From an uncultured archaeon (GTDB lineage Archaea > Thermoproteota > Nitrososphaeria > Nitrososphaerales > Gagatemarchaeaceae): a stretch of DNA of 64,000 nucleotides. This document shows, piece by piece, positions 30,601 through 39,501 of this stretch. A program made the position numbers and the translations under genes. The stretch spans positions 1,101,902 to 1,165,901 of the forward strand of contig CAWFOU010000001.1 in assembly GCA_963817525.1 (NCBI GenBank). Reading direction: 5' to 3'. A model generated the notes under the pieces. That model was not told where the DNA came from, did no database searches, and saw only the letters and a program-made list of their open reading frames with translations. Numbering within the stretch: the first letter of the stretch is position 1; the number at the start of each line of letters is the position of its first letter.

Positions 30601-32889
30601 TCTCATCCTGAGCGCGTCGAGCAAGGGAAGGCTTGTGAGATCGCGAGGGTGAGCCTGCCGGATAGGATATTCTCGGTCGACCTTGGAGATGGGAGGGTCG
30701 AGAAGACATCGTTAGCAAATCTTAGCAGACACCGTGCACCGACACGATTCATCAAGGTCAACTTCTCAAACGGCAGGTCGATCTTGGTCACGCCGGAGCA
30801 TCCCATCTTCACGTTCAGCGGGGCGGGGATGTCGACCATCCCTGCGGAGAGGCTACGGCCTGGGGCGTTCGTCCCCGGCCCCACGTTCGTGCCGAACTCC
30901 TCGATGCCCGTCGTCTTGGAGCCGGTCATGGGATCCAAGTGTTCCAAGGAGGTCGTGCAACCCGGCACGCTGACGATTAAGATCGCACGGATACTCGGGT
31001 ATCTCGTCACCGAAGGAAACTTCTACGTCGGGTCTTCTGTCGAGGTCGACTTTACGAATTTGGACGAGAGGCTGCTCGAAGAGATGAGGGTGCTGATGCG
31101 CGGCGAGTTCGGCCTGGAACCTACGATCAGGATCTCCGAAGGAAGATGGGCAGGCCTCAGGTACGTCTCGACGACGTTCCATGCGTGGCTGACCGAGAAC
31201 TTCCCTGAGATGATGTGCAAGGCAAGGAGCAAGCGGGCCCCGGCGAAGATCATTGGGGCGTCTGTCGCGCATGTCAACGAGTTCTTGACGTCGGCCTTCC
31301 TCGGCGACGGCGGTGTCGAGACTGACGCGGTGTGTTATCGCACGGCGTCCCGGGGTCTAGCCGAGGACTATCAAGACCTCTTACTCAAGTTGGCGATTGC
31401 ATCAAGGATAGTCACCGACAGTTCGAACGACTCGTTCAAGGTCTACATCAGAGGGGATTCCCTGGGCGACTTTCTGGAGAGGGTGGTCGACCAGCGGGAC
31501 CACAGACGAGGGAGGATCCAGGAGCTCGTGGACAGGAGCAAAACAAACAACCGGAGCCACGACGTGCTTCCGACGAGCGTGGGGAGGATGCTCATCCAGC
31601 TCCTCGACGACGCAGGGCTGAGCTACAACGGATACTTCTCGCAGCATATCAAACGTGGGAACGGCATAACCAAGTCCACTGTCCACAGGTACCTGGGTCT
31701 GATAGAGGAGAGGCGCCAAGAGGTCATGTCGGCTCTGGAGGGGAAGAGCTCCATCCAGCAGTTGCGCGAGGCCGTGGGGTGGTCGCAAGAGCGGCTGGCC
31801 CACGAGTGCGGGGTGAAGAGGGGAACGATAGAGTACGCTGAGCGCGGCGGATACGGGCCGCGGCAGGTGGAGGAGCTGACGTCGAGAGTACGTGGCGCGA
31901 TAAGCCAAAGGCTTGCGGCTGTAGGCGAGAGCGCACGATTCATCGTCGGCCTCATGGGACTGAGGTTCCTCAGGGTCACGGGCGTAGAGTCCGTTGCAAA
32001 TAGCGGGGCGGTGGCGACGGACTGGGTCTACGACGTCACGGTCGAGCCCCGACACAATTTCGTGTCCGCGGGCGTCGTCCTTCACAACACCATCACGATA
32101 GCCAAGGGCGGGATCTACGCGACCCTGAACGCGAGGACTGCGATCCTCGCCGCGACCAACCCCATCTTGGGCAAGTACGACCCGTACCAGAACCTCATCG
32201 ACAACATCAACCTTCCGATCCCGTTGCTCACGAGATTCGACCTGATCTTCGTGCTCAGGGACACCCCCTCGCCAAGCCAGGACGAGAAGCTCGCCACCCA
32301 CATCCTCGACGTCCACAGGAAGAGGGCGTACGTAGAGTCGCCGCCCATCCAGTTCGAGCTGCTGAAGAAGTACGTCGCGCACGCGAAGAACTATTCGCCT
32401 GTCCTCTCCATGGAGGCCGAGAACAGGATCAAGGAGTACTACCTCCAGCTCAGGAGGAGCGTGAGCGAAGGGCAGATAGGCGCGACCCCCAGGACCCTCG
32501 AGTCTCTCATACGGCTCGCGAGCGCCAAGGCGAGGCTCATGCTGAGAGAAGTGGTCACGGAGGAAGACGCGCTCACGGCGGTCTCGCTCATGAACAAGAT
32601 GGTCGAGGACGTCCTGACCGACGCAGAGACCAAGACCAAGGGAGACTTTGGGATCCTCCTGGGCCAGCCTGCCGGAGAGAGGGGGAAGCTCGCGACGCTG
32701 ATGGACACGCTCCGCGCCCTGGAAGGCCCCGAGCGCAAGCCCATCGAGGCGAAGGTCTTCAAGCAGGAGCTGATGAGGACCAACAAGTTCGCGAACGAGG
32801 ACGAGGTCGACAAGCTCATCCAGAAGATAACCAAGGAAGGCATCATCTTCGAGTCCAAGCCCGGGTTCTACAGAAGAGTCCAGGGCTAG
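27667..32889 (+). CDS. mcm: MCM replicative helicase with two inteins (682 aa after splicing)
   Basis: GDPGVAKS Walker A, IDEFDKM Walker B, MEQQ/TITIAK, LLTRFD and TPRTLES motifs. Confidence 0.97.
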   Translation: MAVLTRGLSELFEEFLRGFEDKDGERKYQVLLAQLAASGSKSVIVDYEDLIHFNTDLAESLLKDPDRALRECKAAAFEVLSTENPGYASEIKKSLTVRLRGVTDRVNLRKVDTSHLDKMIAFAGMLVRTSELRPLLVDAAFVCPDGHTTRVVQEGPSIKKPAKCEGCDETRNFELDQKDSTFIDSQILRVQELPEELPPGQLPRFFDIDVEGDIVNTARPGDRAIMTGIVRAEPDFSFGIPRSRSFRSKIDANYIEVVGKEPSQIHITKEDEAIIKSIAAGQDAYAKLIKSMAPGILGHDAVKEAILLLLVGGPQTVLPDGTKLRGDINVFLVGDPGVAKSEMLKFAAQVAPRGMFASGRGSTAAGLSAAVIREKNTLMLEAGVVVLADQGIACLHPNTNIIFDNDIVKIGDLASRVVFEKARSGKDEVEVALLQGSVNSLDLNSLSVKRTDSTVLRRKMFKGNLKVFRLKSGNSIMLTPDHLLLEGDSITWTRAQEFAVGEHVVAPLRLPSSNTDTYIWDILPDDAKPTLDFEERVELTALIRERFGTLSAASRELEIPLVKKSNYANLRLGQLKKIVRALNVENKWRGRCLKYWNTRLKTPVITPEVAYLVGFVFGDGHVANRSDGGLAISMLQADCNVSYMNRFIEFWRRTFDSSVGTVRSKSSAMIRGKRVTSSGQTVNIGKRIFEAIYKYLTEQNLQHCLRLSDSSIAGFVSGLIDSDGCLSEKTCNKNGRSFSTWEIVFAVSNQEQTNLNLGLLLRRFGCLAFVHDTRQNVFHVSISSRRDCKLLQEKTSRLSVKMSKEVPERKANMPGVSELLPKRIVGDLIRNGYRDVPRAPLLKAGVWSTIYSYMHETRNPRMGQIQKLLDRTGDMLEKDCVQSLSTLICGNYFLDQITAISDVPYEGYVYDLYVPGQHNYIADGIIVENCIDEFDKMKPEDRSALHEQMEQQSYHPSTEVLLSSGKVKIGDFVEEAIRSHPERVEQGKACEIARVSLPDRIFSVDLGDGRVEKTSLANLSRHRAPTRFIKVNFSNGRSILVTPEHPIFTFSGAGMSTIPAERLRPGAFVPGPTFVPNSSMPVVLEPVMGSKCSKEVVQPGTLTIKIARILGYLVTEGNFYVGSSVEVDFTNLDERLLEEMRVLMRGEFGLEPTIRISEGRWAGLRYVSTTFHAWLTENFPEMMCKARSKRAPAKIIGASVAHVNEFLTSAFLGDGGVETDAVCYRTASRGLAEDYQDLLLKLAIASRIVTDSSNDSFKVYIRGDSLGDFLERVVDQRDHRRGRIQELVDRSKTNNRSHDVLPTSVGRMLIQLLDDAGLSYNGYFSQHIKRGNGITKSTVHRYLGLIEERRQEVMSALEGKSSIQQLREAVGWSQERLAHECGVKRGTIEYAERGGYGPRQVEELTSRVRGAISQRLAAVGESARFIVGLMGLRFLRVTGVESVANSGAVATDWVYDVTVEPRHNFVSAGVVLHNTITIAKGGIYATLNARTAILAATNPILGKYDPYQNLIDNINLPIPLLTRFDLIFVLRDTPSPSQDEKLATHILDVHRKRAYVESPPIQFELLKKYVAHAKNYSPVLSMEAENRIKEYYLQLRRSVSEGQIGATPRTLESLIRLASAKARLMLREVVTEEDALTAVSLMNKMVEDVLTDAETKTKGDFGILLGQPAGERGKLATLMDTLRALEGPERKPIEAKVFKQELMRTNKFANEDEVDKLIQKITKEGIIFESKPGFYRRVQG
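28846..30453 (+). mobile_element. MCM intein 1 with LAGLIDADG endonuclease (536 aa), low GC
   Basis: CLHPNT start, LTPDH block B, LVGFVFGDG and FVSGLIDSDG, ends HNYIADGIIVEN before Cys+1. Confidence 0.94.
30523..32088 (+). mobile_element. MCM intein 2 with LAGLIDADG endonuclease and XRE-type HTH (522 aa)
   Basis: SYHPST start, VTPEHP, LGYLVTEG and FLTSAFLGDG, LREAVGWSQERLAHECGV HTH, ends VVLHN before Thr+1. Confidence 0.94.
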
Positions 32890-32952
32890 GGTAGCGAGGA
32901 GGCGGGCTGGCGCGGCTGTTCGCTCGACCGAGGCGGAGGGGAGCTTCCGAAG

Positions 32953-35100
32953 ATGAAGGTGAAGGACCTCCCGCTGCCCCAGGAGTTCATCTCCCACCTC
33001 GAGTCTATGGGGTTTGTGGAGCTCTTCCCTCCGCAGGCGGCCGCAGTCGAGGCTGGGCTGCTCGAGGGGAAGAGCCTGCTCGTAGCCTCTCCGACGGCGA
33101 GCGGCAAGACGCTGATAGCCGCGCTCGCGGCGTACAAGAGGATAGTCGAGGAGCACCGCAAGGTCGTCTACCTCAGCCCCCTGCGCGCCCTCGCCTCGGA
33201 GAAGTACTCCGAATTCAGGAACCTGCTCGAGCGCTTCGGGGTCAGGTGCGTCATCTCGACGGGCGACTTCGACTCGGCCGGAGACGCCCTGAAGACCTAT
33301 GACCTTCTAGTCCTCACCAACGAGAAGTTCGACTCGCTCCTCCGCCACGGGGTCCCCTGGCTGCCAGACGTGGGGCTCTTCATCTCCGACGAGGTGCACC
33401 TTGCAGGGAGCGGCGACAGGGGGCCGACCCTGGAGATGATACTAACCAAGGTCATCCACAGCGGCATCAAGGCCCAGCTCCTGTCGCTCTCGGCCACGGT
33501 GAGCAACGCGGAGGAGATCGCAAAGTGGCTCAAGTCGGACCTGGTGGAGCTTACCTGGAGGCCGGTCCCCCTGCGCGAGGGCGTCTACGACCATGGCCGC
33601 GTCTGGTTCGGCGACCTCCAGGGGGAGATAGAGACCGTGAGGTCGACCTACGGCGGCGCGATAGACGTGGCGATCGACTCGATCTCGCACGGCGGGCAGT
33701 CGCTGATCTTCGCCTCGACGAGGAGGCGTGCGGTCAGCCTGGCGACGAAGGCGTCGGAGCTCACCTTCAGGCACCTGAGCGAGCCGGAGAGGCAGGCCTG
33801 CGCGGAGGCGGCGAGGAAGATCCGAGAATCGGGGGAGGAGACGAGCCTGAGCAGGCTCCTCGCCGACCTGGTGGGCAAGGGCGCGGCATTCCATCACGCG
33901 GGGCTGCCGCACGAGCACCGCAAGCTGGTGGAGGACGCATACCGCGAGAGGGCCGTCAAGCTCCTCGCGAGCACCCCGACGCTTGCCGCGGGAATTAACC
34001 TCCCCGCCAGGAGGGTGGTGATAGCCGACCTCTCGAGGTACGACGGCGAGGCGGGGATGAGCGCGCCGATCTCCGTCCTGGAATACAGGCAGATGGCCGG
34101 GAGAGCTGGGAGGCCGCAGTACGACGATTTCGGCGAGACGGTGATGGTCCCTCCGCCCACCTACAGCCCCGAGGAGGCGATGCGCCACTACGTCGAGTCG
34201 AGCCCCGAGCCGATAGAGTCGAGACTGGGGGGTGAGAGGGGGATGCGGGTCCACCTGCTCGCGGTGATAGCAAGCAGGATGGGCGTCACGCGGGAGGAGG
34301 TCGACTCCATCTTCTCGAAGACGCTCCTGGCCGCGCAGACCGGGAGGGAGGGGGTCTCGAGGCACGTGGACGAGGCCCTGGGCTACCTCTTCGCCGAGCA
34401 GCTCGTAGTGGAGAAGAACGGCGCGTTCCAGGCCACGGGGTTCGGGAAGAGGATCTCGACCCTCTACATCGACCCCAAGACCGGGGTGCTCTTCAAGAAG
34501 AACATGGGCGGGTTCGAGGCTGGCCCCGACCACACGGTGAAGCTGCTCCACCTCGTCGCGAGGAGCCCCGACTTTGAGCCCAAGTTCCCCATGCGGGAGA
34601 AGCACTACCAGCAGGCCTACGAGTTCCTCGAGGCGAATAGGGGGTCCTTCTCGCTCGCCGACGAACGGAGGACCTCCTTCCTGGAGTACGAGGACGCGCT
34701 CCAGGACGTCAGGACGATCATGGTCCTCGAGTCATGGATAGACGAGCAGAAGGAGGACGCCATCCTCGAGAGGCTCGGGGCGGAGCCCGGCGACCTCCAC
34801 AGGGCCGTGGACAGCGCGGACTGGCTCCTCTACTGCCTCACCGAGCTCGCCAGGCTCTACGGCAAGTACGACGTGATCAAGGAGGCCGGGTTCCTGAGGA
34901 AGAGGGTGGAGAAGGGGGTCAAGGGCGAGCTGGTGGAGCTGACGAAGCTGCGCGGCGTGGGAAGGGTGAGGGCTCGGGCGCTATACAACTTCGGGTTCAA
35001 GACGGTGAAGTCGATCAGGGACGCCCCGGCCGAGAAGCTGGGCCTGGTGGACAAGATAGGGCCGGTCACGGCGCAGAAGATCAAGGAAGAGGCCGCCTGA
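32953..35100 (+). CDS. hel308: Ski2-like SF2 helicase Hel308/Hjm
   Basis: PTASGKT, DEVH, LSAT, FHHAGL, TPTLAAGINLPA and QMAGRAGRP motifs; C-terminal HhH. Confidence 0.94.
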   Translation: MKVKDLPLPQEFISHLESMGFVELFPPQAAAVEAGLLEGKSLLVASPTASGKTLIAALAAYKRIVEEHRKVVYLSPLRALASEKYSEFRNLLERFGVRCVISTGDFDSAGDALKTYDLLVLTNEKFDSLLRHGVPWLPDVGLFISDEVHLAGSGDRGPTLEMILTKVIHSGIKAQLLSLSATVSNAEEIAKWLKSDLVELTWRPVPLREGVYDHGRVWFGDLQGEIETVRSTYGGAIDVAIDSISHGGQSLIFASTRRRAVSLATKASELTFRHLSEPERQACAEAARKIRESGEETSLSRLLADLVGKGAAFHHAGLPHEHRKLVEDAYRERAVKLLASTPTLAAGINLPARRVVIADLSRYDGEAGMSAPISVLEYRQMAGRAGRPQYDDFGETVMVPPPTYSPEEAMRHYVESSPEPIESRLGGERGMRVHLLAVIASRMGVTREEVDSIFSKTLLAAQTGREGVSRHVDEALGYLFAEQLVVEKNGAFQATGFGKRISTLYIDPKTGVLFKKNMGGFEAGPDHTVKLLHLVARSPDFEPKFPMREKHYQQAYEFLEANRGSFSLADERRTSFLEYEDALQDVRTIMVLESWIDEQKEDAILERLGAEPGDLHRAVDSADWLLYCLTELARLYGKYDVIKEAGFLRKRVEKGVKGELVELTKLRGVGRVRARALYNFGFKTVKSIRDAPAEKLGLVDKIGPVTAQKIKEEAA

Positions 35101-36314
35101 TGCGGACCAACGGGTTCGCCCTCTTCGTGGGCGAGCGCGCGCCTGAGCGAGCCCGTGAGGCGGCCCGAAGGGTGGCCCGGTATTCCAAGGGGGTCGTGGT
35201 CTCCACGGACGGGGAGTTCAGGGAGCTCGCGGGGGCGCGCCTGTCGGGAAAGAAGCAGGTGGTCGTGGCGTACTCGCTCGAGGGAGGAGGCCTCCCGCTC
35301 GTCCACGGGTCCTCGGGAGACGCCGGCGCCCAAGAGGGGGAGTTCTCCATCCTCGGCAGGGGCGCTTCCGGGTTCTACGGGGCGAGGGACGCTCTTGGGA
35401 CGAGGGGGCTCTGGGTTGTGGAGCGCGGACCCGGCGCCGGCTCCATGGCAAGCGACTACCGCCTGTTGCGAAAGGGCGCCGCGCTCCAGGCCCCTGGCAC
35501 GACCTACGCAGGCGGGAAGGCGGAGAAGGCCGCCCGGAGACGCGCGGATGCCCCGGTGCCGCGTTCGTTCGAGGAGGCGGCTCGGGAGCTCGCGTCCCTC
35601 ATCGAGGAGGCGGTGAAGAGGCGCGTCCTCGGCCAGGGGCGCGTGGCGGTCTCCTTCTCGGGCGGGCTCGACAGCTCGCTCCTAGCCGCCGTGGCGTCCA
35701 GGCACGCCGAGGTAGTCCTGTGCTCCGCGTACGCCGCGGGCGCGAGGGACGAGAGGCAGTCGGACAGGGCCGCCGCGCTCCTCGGGCTGAGGCTACAGTC
35801 GGAGACACTGGAGGAAAAGTCCCTGGCCAGGGCTGCTCGAAGCGCGGAGCTGCCTCCCGGCGAGTCCACGGCGATGGACGAGGCGCTCTGGTGCATCTAC
35901 TCGGCCGCGAGCCGGCTCGCGGCGGCGAACGGGGCGAGGACGATCATCCTCGGCCAGCTCGCGGACGAGCTCTTTGGCGGGTACATGAAGTACGCCCTCG
36001 CCGCGAAGGGGAAGGGCGCTCAGGAGGCCGAGAGGATGATGCGGGAGGACGTGAGGCGATGCGCCGACAGGGGGTTCCTCAGGGACGAGGCGGCGTGCTC
36101 GGCCTCCTGCGAGGTCAGGTTCCCCTACGCCGACGAGAGGATCGCCTCGTTCGCAGCGGGGCTCCCGCTTGACTATAAGGTCAAGGGCGGGGAGCGCAAG
36201 GCGGTCCTCCGGGCGGCTGCCCTCGAGCTTGGGCTCCCGGAAGAGCTCGCGACCGCGCCCAAGAAGGCGGCCCAGTTCAGCTCGGGCGCGGCGAGGCTGC
36301 TCAAGAGGAGATGA
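35100..36314 (+). CDS. Asparagine synthetase B-like protein with degenerate N-terminal domain
   Basis: ARDALG, SFSGGLDSS, GQLADELFGGY and PKKAAQFSSG; ATG overlaps the hel308 stop. Confidence 0.8.
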   Translation: MRTNGFALFVGERAPERAREAARRVARYSKGVVVSTDGEFRELAGARLSGKKQVVVAYSLEGGGLPLVHGSSGDAGAQEGEFSILGRGASGFYGARDALGTRGLWVVERGPGAGSMASDYRLLRKGAALQAPGTTYAGGKAEKAARRRADAPVPRSFEEAARELASLIEEAVKRRVLGQGRVAVSFSGGLDSSLLAAVASRHAEVVLCSAYAAGARDERQSDRAAALLGLRLQSETLEEKSLARAARSAELPPGESTAMDEALWCIYSAASRLAAANGARTIILGQLADELFGGYMKYALAAKGKGAQEAERMMREDVRRCADRGFLRDEAACSASCEVRFPYADERIASFAAGLPLDYKVKGGERKAVLRAAALELGLPEELATAPKKAAQFSSGAARLLKRR

Positions 36315-36358
36315 AAGGCCCCCATTCCTTTTATCGCGGCCAATCTTCCCCCAGGCCC

Positions 36359-36625
36359 ATGACACCAGAAGGACCCGCACCCAAGGGGAAGCTCGTGGGA
36401 TTCAAGCCCCTGCAGGAGACATACTGCTACTACTCGCTGGACGACGGCAGCGTGCTCGGCGTCAAGCCTGTCATGGTCAAGGTTTTCAGGATGTTGGGCC
36501 CCGACGGGCGGCCTGGGAACGGCCCCGACGGCGCGCCTGCCTATTTCTATCAGACGCAGAACGTGACGCAGGTGCTGACGCCTGAAGAGTACAAGGTAAT
36601 GACGAGCCGCGACCTTCAGCAATAG
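36359..36625 (+). CDS. Small hypothetical protein
   Basis: Open frame with YSLDDGSVLGVK; TTTTAT box about 25-30 nt upstream of the ATG. Confidence 0.55.
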   Translation: MTPEGPAPKGKLVGFKPLQETYCYYSLDDGSVLGVKPVMVKVFRMLGPDGRPGNGPDGAPAYFYQTQNVTQVLTPEEYKVMTSRDLQQ

Positions 36626-36629
36626 CCCG

Positions 36630-37226
36630 GTGGGGGGGCCGCCCGCTGGCCCAAGATATCTGCACGTCCGAGAGCAAAGGCGAAGATACCTCCCGGCCGA
36701 GGACACCTACCTCCTTATGGACGCCCTCAAGGGGTTTGGCGGCGAGTCCTGCCTGGAGATGGGGTTCGGGAGCGGCGTGGTGATCTCCAGCGCATCGGAG
36801 AGGTTCCGACTCGCCGTCGGGACGGAGGTCATGGGGCTCCAAGACGCGAAACTCGCGAAGGGCCCTCGCGTGGAACTGGTCCTCGCGGACCGGGCGACGT
36901 GCTTCCGGGACGGCGTCTTCGACCTCGTGTTCTTCAACCCGCCCTACCTTCCCTCCGCGCAGACGGAGGACCCCGTGGTGGACGGCGGGCCGACCGGCGT
37001 GGAGGTGCCGGTGCTCTTCCTCGAAGAGGCCTTGAGGGTGACGGGTAAAGACGGGACTATAGTCGCGCTCCTCTCGAGCGAAGGCGACCTCAAGTCCTTC
37101 CTCTCCCACTGCGACGACCTCAGTCTAGAAGTCGAGTCGATCATGGAGAAGAAGCTCTTCTACGAGACGCTGTCGGTGTTCACCATAAGGAGAGGCGCGG
37201 CAGCCCGCGCTGGGCGCCAAGGATAA
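36630..37226 (+). CDS. HemK2/PrmC-family (release factor) N5-glutamine methyltransferase
   Basis: YLPAEDTYLL, LEMGFGSG, NPPY and DGGPTG motifs. Confidence 0.88.
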   Translation: MGGPPAGPRYLHVREQRRRYLPAEDTYLLMDALKGFGGESCLEMGFGSGVVISSASERFRLAVGTEVMGLQDAKLAKGPRVELVLADRATCFRDGVFDLVFFNPPYLPSAQTEDPVVDGGPTGVEVPVLFLEEALRVTGKDGTIVALLSSEGDLKSFLSHCDDLSLEVESIMEKKLFYETLSVFTIRRGAAARAGRQG

Positions 37227-37253
37227 TACCCCCCATTCGGGGATTCTCCTGAT

Positions 37254-38393
37254 TTGCCCCCCAACAAGGTATATCGAGTCCTCATGGCCGCGATGGCCGT
37301 CGTCCTGCTCGTCGCGCCGCCGAGCCTCGCGAACGCCGAATCCTTGGGCTCGTGGACCTCCACGACAAACTACTCTGCGCTCAACGGCGTGTCTTGCACC
37401 GCAGTCTCTTCCGAAGTCTATTGCGTCGGGGGGGTCGGCGGTGGGGGAAGCAGCCACAACCAGGTCGACTACGCTACCCTGGGCGCCTCCGGGATAGGGA
37501 CCTGGACGTCGACGACCGCGTACCCCACGTCGATCGACAGTGCCTCTTGCGTCAACGCGACGGGCGGGATATACTGTGTCGGCGGAGAGGACGGCGGGAC
37601 CGTCCTGGACGACGTCTACTTCGCCTCTGCGTCCTCTTCGGGAGTCGGGACCTGGACGAGCGAGGCCTCGTACCCGAACTCGCTGGCGGCGATCTCCTGC
37701 GTCGCGTACTCGGGATACATCTACTGCGTCGGGGGGTTCGACAACAATGGGGACGAGACTAGCTCGACATACTACGCCTCGGTCTCCTCCGGACTGACCT
37801 CCTGGACTGGGACGACCCAGTACCCGCTGGCCGTCGACAGCACGTCATGCAACGCCTACGCGGGATACATCTACTGCGTCGCTGGGGAGACGGAGGTCGG
37901 CTCGGACCAGAACAGCCCCGTCTCGAACGTGTACTATGCCCCCCTCAGCTCCTCAGGTATAGGGCAGTGGCAGACTGCGCTGTCCTACCCGACGGCCCTT
38001 GCTGCGCCCGCGTGCGCAACGTACTCGGGCTATCTCTACTGCGTCGGGGGGTTCGACAGCAACCTCTACAGCAGCACCGACACGTATTACGGGGCGGTCA
38101 ACTCTTCGGGCGTCGTGTCTTGGTCCAACGCCACGCCGTACCCGATCCCAATCGACACCAGCACGTGCGTGGCCTACGATGGCAGCGTGTACTGCATCTC
38201 CGGGACATCGGACACGCAGAGCGGCCAGTCGGTGGTCGGCTCTTCCTACTACGCGCCCATCTCCGGCGCGGTGACGACCTCAACTACTCCTGAGTTCCCC
38301 GTAGCATTGGCCATCCCGATCATACTGGTGTTAGGCCTGATGGTGGTCGCGGGCCTGAGCCGGATCGGCGGGAAGAAAGCCGGAAAGCCCTAG
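37254..38393 (+). CDS. Secreted Kelch-like beta-propeller protein with PEF-type C-terminal sorting signal
   Basis: Signal peptide; about six repeats of W....YP.....C..Y.GYIYCVGG; TTPEFP plus TM helix plus basic tail. Confidence 0.8.
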   Translation: MPPNKVYRVLMAAMAVVLLVAPPSLANAESLGSWTSTTNYSALNGVSCTAVSSEVYCVGGVGGGGSSHNQVDYATLGASGIGTWTSTTAYPTSIDSASCVNATGGIYCVGGEDGGTVLDDVYFASASSSGVGTWTSEASYPNSLAAISCVAYSGYIYCVGGFDNNGDETSSTYYASVSSGLTSWTGTTQYPLAVDSTSCNAYAGYIYCVAGETEVGSDQNSPVSNVYYAPLSSSGIGQWQTALSYPTALAAPACATYSGYLYCVGGFDSNLYSSTDTYYGAVNSSGVVSWSNATPYPIPIDTSTCVAYDGSVYCISGTSDTQSGQSVVGSSYYAPISGAVTTSTTPEFPVALAIPIILVLGLMVVAGLSRIGGKKAGKP

Positions 38394-39496
38394 AGCCCTA
38401 TGCTGTTGATGGGAGCCCCAGAGTTCCCGTCGAATACGAAGATCAGCTTCGTCCCCTTGTGGTCGTACCTGACGAACCACACAGGTACGTGGAGCAGTTC
38501 GCCGTCGGAGACGTCCATCTGCGTCTGTATCTGCTGGACCATCTTGTGCTGCTCGTGGGCTTTTTGGGACTGGAGCTGGTCGACGTAGGTCTTGGCCTGG
38601 GCCTTTGCGACGTCCTCGCTGATGTCCCCGTTCAGGACCTTTATGCTCTTGTCAATCTTTGAGACGTCGAAGAGCACCCTCTGCGCGAGCGCGAAAGTGT
38701 AGTCCTTGGGTTGGTACTCGGTGAGGTCACGCATGGCGACGACGGGGAAGTTGTAGTTCTGGTCGAGCTGGTAGGTCTTCCTGGCGCCCCCTCCGCCCAT
38801 CCCCATGCCCATCCCGTACATCATCGTCCCCGGCAGCCTTCCCAGGAGGAAGCCGCCCTTCAGCCCGCCTGTCAAGGAGTTCGCCGGACCGAGCAGGCTC
38901 GTCATGTCGAAGGACCGTCTTCTGCCCCCTCCGCCGCCGCCTCCAAAGCCACCCCCCAGGCCCCCCAGTATCACTCCCATCAGCGCAGCGCTGGTCGCGG
39001 TCTGGGCCACCTGCTGCATCTCGTCGATGGCGGTAATCTGGGTCCGGGCCGAGATCGGGATTATCCAATAGGGGATGAAGGTCGCGGTGCACTCCTCGAG
39101 GGTCGATTGCTCCTGGACGTGGTGCTTGAAGACGCCCTTGTCCATCATGTCGTGGATGGACGAGAGGACCTGGTCCTTTGTGAACTTCATGGGGAGCATG
39201 GTGTGCTTCTGGATGTCCTTCCACCCTTGGTTTCCAAGGGTGATGCTCGCGCCGCAGTACTCGCAGGTGATGACCATCTCCCCGAACTTGGGGGATATCG
39301 GGGCGCCGCAGCTCGGGCACTTCAGGGCTGTCGCTCCGGCGGGGGCGATGACCTGCGCGCTGCTCTGCTGAGGGGAGGGCGCCTGCGAGGAAGGCGATCC
39401 GCCCTGACCTCCTCCGCCGGGGGCGACGCTCGCGCCGCACTTGTAGCAGAAGGCCGCTCCGTCGGGCAGTTGGGTTCCGCAGTTGGGGCAGTTCAT
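38390..39496 (-). CDS. Zinc-ribbon domain protein
   Basis: MNCPNCG...FCYKCG and CPSCG...CEYCG; co-oriented with the SPFH gene. Confidence 0.75.
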   Translation of the reverse strand: MNCPNCGTQLPDGAAFCYKCGASVAPGGGGQGGSPSSQAPSPQQSSAQVIAPAGATALKCPSCGAPISPKFGEMVITCEYCGASITLGNQGWKDIQKHTMLPMKFTKDQVLSSIHDMMDKGVFKHHVQEQSTLEECTATFIPYWIIPISARTQITAIDEMQQVAQTATSAALMGVILGGLGGGFGGGGGGGRRRSFDMTSLLGPANSLTGGLKGGFLLGRLPGTMMYGMGMGMGGGGARKTYQLDQNYNFPVVAMRDLTEYQPKDYTFALAQRVLFDVSKIDKSIKVLNGDISEDVAKAQAKTYVDQLQSQKAHEQHKMVQQIQTQMDVSDGELLHVPVWFVRYDHKGTKLIFVFDGNSGAPINSIGL

Positions 39497-39501
39497 GGTG
39501 A

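Noticed and set aside
19116-33156. Long antisense or alternative-frame ORFs (e.g. 19116-21155, 22391-23890, 31402-33156)
   Set aside because: They are shadow ORFs of high-GC coding genes, with no recognisable motifs
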